From Cuniculiplasma divulgatum (GTDB taxonomy: Archaea; Thermoplasmatota; Thermoplasmata; Thermoplasmatales; Thermoplasmataceae), in assembly GCF_900083515.1 (NCBI RefSeq), contig NZ_LT671858.1, positions 1,590,001-1,622,000 of the forward strand: 32,000 nt of DNA, written 5' to 3'. Below, one piece after another: positions 27,035-32,000 of this stretch. Under the pieces are notes generated by a model. It was not told the DNA's origin. It saw nothing but the letters and a program-made list of their open reading frames with translations, and did not search any database. Numbering within the stretch: the first letter of the stretch is position 1; every line of letters starts with the position of its first letter. Position numbers and translations under genes: made by a program.

Positions 27035-27143
27035 AAGCTTAATACAACTTTTATGCTTTTGTGTAAACAGACAAAATATGTGATTAAATCTAAGGTATAA
27101 TATTGTTGGAGATTATTTAATAAAAAAATACGAAGGGAAGAAT

Positions 27144-27674
27144 ATGAATGTTGCAAATGTAGTAATCTTATTAGGATGCAGGTCCTCTGGATGCTCCCCT
27201 ACTGAGGAGCTTAAGGGAAGAGTTAAGGAGACGGTTAATCTTTACAGATCATTGAAAGAAAAAGCTGTTATAATTCCATCAGGGGGAGTCTCAGAAGATG
27301 GTTGTGGTTTATCAGAAGCCGAATTTATGTTAAGGGAACTTTTAAAATATAATATTCCAAGAGAGAGAATATTCTTAGAGGAAAAAGCCAAAACCACAAT
27401 TGGCAATGCATTCTTTTCAAAACTGCTTATTGAAAGTAATAATATTGAGTATGAAATGATTCATATCGTAAGTTCGTGCTACCACATGGATAGATCAGAG
27501 CTCATTTTCAAGAGCATATTTTCAACAGAAAACATTGGAAAGGGATATTGTTTTGGTCATGTTCAGGAAAGAGAAAGCGAGATTGATAAACTGAAGAGAG
27601 ATTCTTCTATTCTGGAAAAGATGAAGGGAAAATCAGCAGAATATATAGAAAACACTTTTAGGGAATATCTTTAG
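27144..27674 (+). CDS. DUF218 / YdcF-family protein
   Basis: 176 aa. The pattern IIPSGGVSEDGCGLSEAEFMLRELLKYNIPRERIFLEEKAKTTIGNAFFS follows the DUF218 core (SGG...SEAxxM...GIP...I.xExxSxxTxxNA). No TM helix. Confidence 0.72.
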   Translation: MNVANVVILLGCRSSGCSPTEELKGRVKETVNLYRSLKEKAVIIPSGGVSEDGCGLSEAEFMLRELLKYNIPRERIFLEEKAKTTIGNAFFSKLLIESNNIEYEMIHIVSSCYHMDRSELIFKSIFSTENIGKGYCFGHVQERESEIDKLKRDSSILEKMKGKSAEYIENTFREYL

Positions 27675-27708
27675 TTTAAGTTTGTAATTTTAAGAGTTAA
27701 ACATAACC

Positions 27709-29004
27709 TTAATCCTTTAAAGTTTTAGCAGACTCGTAGAATTTTGTGTGCCTGACAATGTCCTGGAAATTATCCTTCTCCCTTATTGTTATTAGTTTCC
27801 CATCACTGATCAGTAATTCCATTGGAAGTAACCTGCCGTTATAGTTGCTTGCCATAGACATTGTGTAAGCCCCGCAGTTGAAGACTGCAACTATATCACC
27901 TATTTGTGGCTCCTGCAGCATTACATCCTTCCCGATCCTGTCAGTGTTTTCGCAGATTTGTCCTGTTACATCAGTTTTAAATTTTCGTTCTTCGTTCATC
28001 CTGTTTGCTATGAGTATATGGTGATAGGCTCCGTAAAGAGCTGGTCTCATAAGTATGTTCATCCCTATATCTGTACCCGTGAAGTTTGACTCCTGTCTTT
28101 TAACGTCTGTAATTTTACCCACTAACAATCCTGAGTTGGAGCTTATGTATCTACCGGGTTCAATCACGAGCCTTGGTATTTCCCGACCTTTTTCTGTGTA
28201 AAATGCTTTGAATACGTCAGCTATGTTTTTGGCTGTGTCCATAACATCCAGTTCATCCTCTTCAGGTCTGTATGGTACACCAAATCCTCCTCCCATATCC
28301 ACAAATTCGAATTCAATACCAAGCTCTTCCTCGAAATTTTTAACAACTTCCAGAATCTTTTGAGCAACTAATTTAAAATGGTCGGCGTTTCTTACGTTTG
28401 ATCCAGCCATAACGTGGATTCCGAACATCCTGCATCCCTTTTCCTTTGCCTCCCTGTAACCCTGTAATGCAAGCTCCGGAATTTCTCCAAATTTTGCCCC
28501 TTTACCTGCTGTTTTTATGCCTGGAAATTCCCCCTTTCCATAATCAATTTTAATTCTAAAACTCACTATTTCTGGTAAGTGATCAAGCACCATTCTGAAC
28601 TGACTTAGAGAATCAAAGTTTATTGTTATATTCTTATCAATTGCAAATTTTAATTCTTCTATAGTTACATTATTTGGTGTAAAAGATATATTATCAGGAG
28701 ATACCCCACTCAGCAGAGCTATTTTTATTTCATTTACTGACGATGCATCCATTCCACATCCCTCAGATGAAAGAATGGAAATCAGTGAGGGATTGAAATT
28801 TGATTTTATTGCAAAATCTATGGACACATTTTTGAAATATTTATTAAAAGCATCTTTAATTTTTCTATAATTGCCACGTAAAATATTCTCAGAATAGATA
28901 ATAAAAGGCGTTCCATAATCTTTTGCTACCTCTACAATGTCATTACCATACCAAAATAAATTCCCATCTATTATTTCCGTATAACGTGGCAGGATTTCAT
29001 CCAT
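27709..29004 (-). CDS. lysA: Diaminopimelate decarboxylase (PLP-dependent, Orn/DAP/Arg decarboxylase family 2)
   Basis: 431 aa. PLP-Lys context DFAIKSNFNP, glycine loop MGGGFGVPY, EPGRYI and CENTD blocks. A TATA-like element (reverse complement CCTTAAATAA, 29025-29034) lies about 26 nt from the ATG at 29004. Confidence 0.88.
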   Translation of the reverse strand: MDEILPRYTEIIDGNLFWYGNDIVEVAKDYGTPFIIYSENILRGNYRKIKDAFNKYFKNVSIDFAIKSNFNPSLISILSSEGCGMDASSVNEIKIALLSGVSPDNISFTPNNVTIEELKFAIDKNITINFDSLSQFRMVLDHLPEIVSFRIKIDYGKGEFPGIKTAGKGAKFGEIPELALQGYREAKEKGCRMFGIHVMAGSNVRNADHFKLVAQKILEVVKNFEEELGIEFEFVDMGGGFGVPYRPEEDELDVMDTAKNIADVFKAFYTEKGREIPRLVIEPGRYISSNSGLLVGKITDVKRQESNFTGTDIGMNILMRPALYGAYHHILIANRMNEERKFKTDVTGQICENTDRIGKDVMLQEPQIGDIVAVFNCGAYTMSMASNYNGRLLPMELLISDGKLITIREKDNFQDIVRHTKFYESAKTLKD

Positions 29005-29181
29005 TTTATGTCATTTTACCTAGGTTATTTAAGGTATCGAGTACGAACCTATCTTCGCCACTAATCTGATACACATGCATGTTAAAATGGATATCGAAAA
29101 TTGTACCTTGCAATTCAAACCGTAAGTTGCTTATTTGTAGTTTATAGTTTAAATTACTATAATGCTTTTCCCACCCATGTT

Positions 29182-30234
29182 TTATAATTTTGAGTGAATC
29201 ATTCTTTTCATCTTTAGGTACCGATGTTCAAGAATTATTTGAGTTATATCAGCTTCAGGGATTGCATATTCGAATCCGTGGAAAATGCCATCATATACGT
29301 GAAGGTCTACTCTTCCGTTGGAATTTATAAGTTTTCTAGCAAAGTCAACTGATTCATCTCTAAAAACCTCGTCGAATCCTACCTCAATATAAGTTTCTGG
29401 AAAACCTTCTAAATCGGTTGCTATGGATGGAGAGGCAAATTCAGATATCTCTTTTTCTGAGCCAAGATATCCTCTCCATCCCATTCTGTTATAGTACGTT
29501 GGCCAGAAAGGCCAGCTACCATCATACTGAGCACTGGAAAGAGTTGTATTCCTGTGATCTAGCATTGGTGCCATAAGGAATAGGTTCCTTATTTGTGGGC
29601 CATTTTCTCTAATTGAGCGCAAAACAACTGAAGCAGCAAGGCCACCGCCAGCACTTTCTCCCATTATGCTTAACATTTCCGAATTAATTCCAAGACTTTC
29701 GGCAAGAGCTGAACAGTACTGGAACCCGTAATAACAGTCATTCAATGGGATTGGAAATTTAAATTCTGGTGCAAGTCTATATTCTATGTCAAAAATTTTA
29801 CATCCCAATTTAAGCGATATGGAAGCCAGCCTATTTATTTCCTCATCTATTCCTCCTACAAGTAAACCTCCTCCATGGATATGAAAAATACATGGGAGTA
29901 AATCTTTCGATCCTGACGGTGAGTAGAGCTTCGCTCTTATGTGCGTTCTATGAAATGATTCGTTAATTTCTGCAACTTCAATTCCTGGGATATCAAGCGA
30001 ATCTGATGTGACACCGGCGGATTTTCTTGCATTAAGTAGATTTTGCTTAAATTGAATAACCCTATCTTCTACATTGGAAATTCTATTCAACTTCTCAATG
30101 TTGTTTCGAACAAGCAAAGACCTTCTAGCTGCCTCTTCTCTTACTTCCATCACAAGATTACTAACACGTGAATGGATTTCACTTGCTCCCATCAGGGGTC
30201 TAATACATGTTGTGTAAATAATTGTTTTTATCAA
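29182..30234 (-). CDS. Alpha/beta-hydrolase fold-3 esterase (hormone-sensitive-lipase-like family)
   Basis: Oxyanion motif HIHGGGL and nucleophile elbow GESAGG. The track start is TTG at 30234. ATG at 30192 (MGASEIHS...) is more likely, because a TATA-like AATTATTTA (30215-30223, minus strand) is centred 27 nt upstream of it. Confidence 0.8.
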   Translation of the reverse strand: MIKTIIYTTCIRPLMGASEIHSRVSNLVMEVREEAARRSLLVRNNIEKLNRISNVEDRVIQFKQNLLNARKSAGVTSDSLDIPGIEVAEINESFHRTHIRAKLYSPSGSKDLLPCIFHIHGGGLLVGGIDEEINRLASISLKLGCKIFDIEYRLAPEFKFPIPLNDCYYGFQYCSALAESLGINSEMLSIMGESAGGGLAASVVLRSIRENGPQIRNLFLMAPMLDHRNTTLSSAQYDGSWPFWPTYYNRMGWRGYLGSEKEISEFASPSIATDLEGFPETYIEVGFDEVFRDESVDFARKLINSNGRVDLHVYDGIFHGFEYAIPEADITQIILEHRYLKMKRMIHSKL

Positions 30235-30526
30235 TACCTTATGATCAGTTTTCAGATCTGTTTACATTTTAGTAAATCAAATCTCCTGAAATATTTATTT
30301 TCTAAATTCATAAACAGTCACAAATTCCTCTATGAGATATAAAAATGGATTAATATTGCCGATTTCCTTTGATACGAATAGAACATAACTTTTTGGCCTG
30401 AATTTAATAAATATTAAGTCGAAAATTGCCGTAAAACCTGGAAAAGTCGTTTGAAGGATCTCAGTTCGATGACCTTACTTTATTATTAATGTTAATATGG
30501 CAGAAATGGCTGCAGTATTCTATGAT

Positions 30527-30540
30527 AAATAATATTATTA
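30527..30540 (+). promoter_or_regulatory. Putative TATA box for the second namZ-like gene
   Basis: AAATAATATTATTA is centred about 28 nt upstream of the ATG at 30562. Confidence 0.3.
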
Positions 30541-30561
30541 TGTTATTCCAGATACAAACCA

Positions 30562-31662
30562 ATGTCCTTTAACCTCGGGATTGAAAATCTTGGAAAAAAT
30601 AGAATAAATGAGAATGTGGCCTTATTAACTAATGCCAGTGGAGTAACTCAGAATTTAGAGCAAAACGTTGAATTTCTAATAAGAAAAGGGTTCAGAATTA
30701 GAAGGATTTTTACAGCGGAACATGGTTTTTATGGAACACTAAACGATGGGGATGATGTTAAAAATGAGACATATAACGGGATAGATGTTGTATCCATTTA
30801 TTCTGCAGATAGAAAGTCCATAAAACCGGAAGAGCTGGAAGATGTTGATACAGTGATATATGATTTACAGGATGCTGGCACAAGACCATATACATTTATC
30901 TCTTCGCTAAAAAACCTATTAATCACAGCCTCGGAGCTTGGAAAAAAGGTTGTTGTGTGCGATAGACCCAATCCCCTTTCCAACATTGTAGATGGACCTG
31001 TGTTAAAGAAGGAGTTTGTTTCATTTGTTGGAGCGGACGAATTTCCACTAAGATACGGAATGACCATAGGTGAATTAGCTCAATTCATGAATAGAAATAT
31101 TGGTGCAGATCTGAATATTTCAAAGATGACAGATTACGATCCGTCAAGATATTATGACAATTACATGAAATATTACGTCCCACCATCACTGAACCTAAAT
31201 TCTCTAGACTCAATGTTTAACTTTTCAGGAATGGTATTAATGGAGGCAGCTAATGTTAGCGTTGGTAGAGGCACTCCATACCCATTTATGCAGTTTGGAT
31301 TGGAAGATCCAGTAGATCTTAGATCTGATGAGTTCGAAGGTGTCATTCTGAGAAAAACTTCCTTTATATCATTGCTAAATCCGCTTAAAGAAAAGAAACT
31401 AATAGGATATTTCATTCATATAAAGGATAAAAAGAGTTACAGTAGCATAAGGATGGTAGCCACTATCATGAAAAAACTCTATAACATGGATAAAAATCTA
31501 ATTAATTTAAAAAAGCTGAATCTTAATTACGGATCTGATGAGATGTCAAAATGGCTTGAGAAAAATGAGATAGTCACAGATCTTTATGAAAAAATTAATT
31601 CAGAAATCTCCGAATTCATGAAAATCAGGAAAGATTACTCACTTTACAGGTTTCCTAATTAA
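30562..31662 (+). CDS. namZ: DUF1343 / NamZ-like exo-beta-N-acetylmuramidase (GH171 family), paralog 2
   Basis: 366 aa. It has the same blocks as paralog 1 but is divergent: VALLTN, AEHGFYG, YDLQDAGTRPYTFI, CDRPNPLS, VGRGTPYPF. No signal peptide. Confidence 0.8.
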   Translation: MSFNLGIENLGKNRINENVALLTNASGVTQNLEQNVEFLIRKGFRIRRIFTAEHGFYGTLNDGDDVKNETYNGIDVVSIYSADRKSIKPEELEDVDTVIYDLQDAGTRPYTFISSLKNLLITASELGKKVVVCDRPNPLSNIVDGPVLKKEFVSFVGADEFPLRYGMTIGELAQFMNRNIGADLNISKMTDYDPSRYYDNYMKYYVPPSLNLNSLDSMFNFSGMVLMEAANVSVGRGTPYPFMQFGLEDPVDLRSDEFEGVILRKTSFISLLNPLKEKKLIGYFIHIKDKKSYSSIRMVATIMKKLYNMDKNLINLKKLNLNYGSDEMSKWLEKNEIVTDLYEKINSEISEFMKIRKDYSLYRFPN

Positions 31663-31711
31663 TGAACCATAATCTTTATTTTACATTCTTACATAGTTTT
31701 TTGTTTTGATC

Positions 31712-32000
31712 TCAATCAACCATAGATTCCATCAGTTCAATATAAGGTTCTGATTCGCTTATTCTTACCTTCAGGTTAAGAGGTATTAGCATCTGTTCAT
31801 TTCCATGCCCAAAAGGTGCCATGGCTAGAGATGGTTTTGAATATTTTACCATGTATTCCCTTATTACATCTTCTATTGATGGTTTTCCTTCTCCTGAGGT
31901 TGACCTATTCTTAAATTCCCCAAATACAAATCCTGCAAGTTGATTAATCGTGCCATTGAGTATCATTATGTCCAGATATCTTTCTATGTCTACTGATCTT
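31712..32000 (-). CDS. ldcA: LD-carboxypeptidase (peptidase S66, LdcA/YkfA-like), C-terminal part; the gene continues past the right edge
   Basis: The C-terminal AGFVFGEF...PSLAMAPFGHGNEQMLIPLN matches the S66 C-terminal block, with the catalytic His in FGH. I checked that the frame stays open upstream of the track Met at 31966 (...RSVDIERYLDIMILNG) up to position 32000, so the listed 84-aa ORF is a truncation artefact. Confidence 0.7.
   Translation of the reverse strand, partial: RSVDIERYLDIMILNGTINQLAGFVFGEFKNRSTSGEGKPSIEDVIREYMVKYSKPSLAMAPFGHGNEQMLIPLNLKVRISESEPYIELMESMVD

Noticed and set aside
5639-31415. All remaining short or medium ORFs antisense to large genes: 4895-5098, 5639-6244, 7507-7725, 8313-8516, 8788-9024, 9854-10048, 11442-11633, 12255-12449, 12831-13118, 13961-14251, 16208-16511, 16968-17489, 17893-18117, 18970-19242, 19388-19624, 20234-20464, 21077-21352, 23434-23673, 24314-24568, 27904-28089, 30798-31067, 31173-31415
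   Set aside because: Each one is embedded in, and opposite to, a gene with strong family motifs. The translations are compositionally odd (Ser/Pro/Phe/Ile-rich) and carry no recognisable domains.
1-32000. rRNA, tRNA, CRISPR arrays, C/D-box sRNAs
   Set aside because: I scanned the intergenic regions by eye. I saw no cloverleaf-compatible GC-rich segments, no regularly spaced direct repeats, and no convincing RUGAUGA...CUGA box pairs. A covariance-model scan would be needed to exclude small RNAs in 1803-2387 and 4361-4879.

Overview
This window looks like a compact, AT-rich, probably archaeal (Thermoplasmata-like) chromosome segment. The archaeal assignment is inferred from four observations: TATA-like boxes sit about 25-30 nt upstream of the first-gene ATGs, consistent with leaderless transcripts. 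A TrmB-family regulator is present. The solute-binding protein is membrane-anchored, Thr-linker-bearing and has no lipobox Cys. Codon usage is rich in AGA/AGG/ATA. The window has three parts. (1) Left edge, minus strand: fixC-fixX-etfB electron-transfer flavoprotein genes; the etfB start is missing from the ORF track and I translated it by hand. (2) 1.8-4.9 kb: an AT-richer accessory island with about 0.5 kb of non-coding DNA on each side. It holds a tightly coupled three-gene plus-strand cassette (93 aa, 241 aa, 322 aa). The third protein has all four ThsA-type SIR2 (SIR2_2) motif blocks, but Asn replaces the catalytic His. The two partner proteins match nothing I recognise. This is my best candidate for an undescribed defence-type system. 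(3) 6.8-32 kb: a large, nearly complete bacterial-style peptidoglycan/muropeptide catabolic locus. Sugar branch: two NamZ/DUF1343 paralogs, NagZ, two BadF-type sugar kinases, MurQ, NagA and a GlmS-like SIS deaminase. Peptide branch: LD-carboxypeptidase, NlpC/P60, L-Ala-D/L-Glu epimerase, CocE/NonD peptidase, a beta-lactamase-fold hydrolase and LysA. It also carries an ABC importer, a GH31 glycosidase, TrmB, a DUF218 protein and an esterase. None of the enzymes shows a signal peptide. I saw no rRNA, tRNA, CRISPR array, transposase or integrase.
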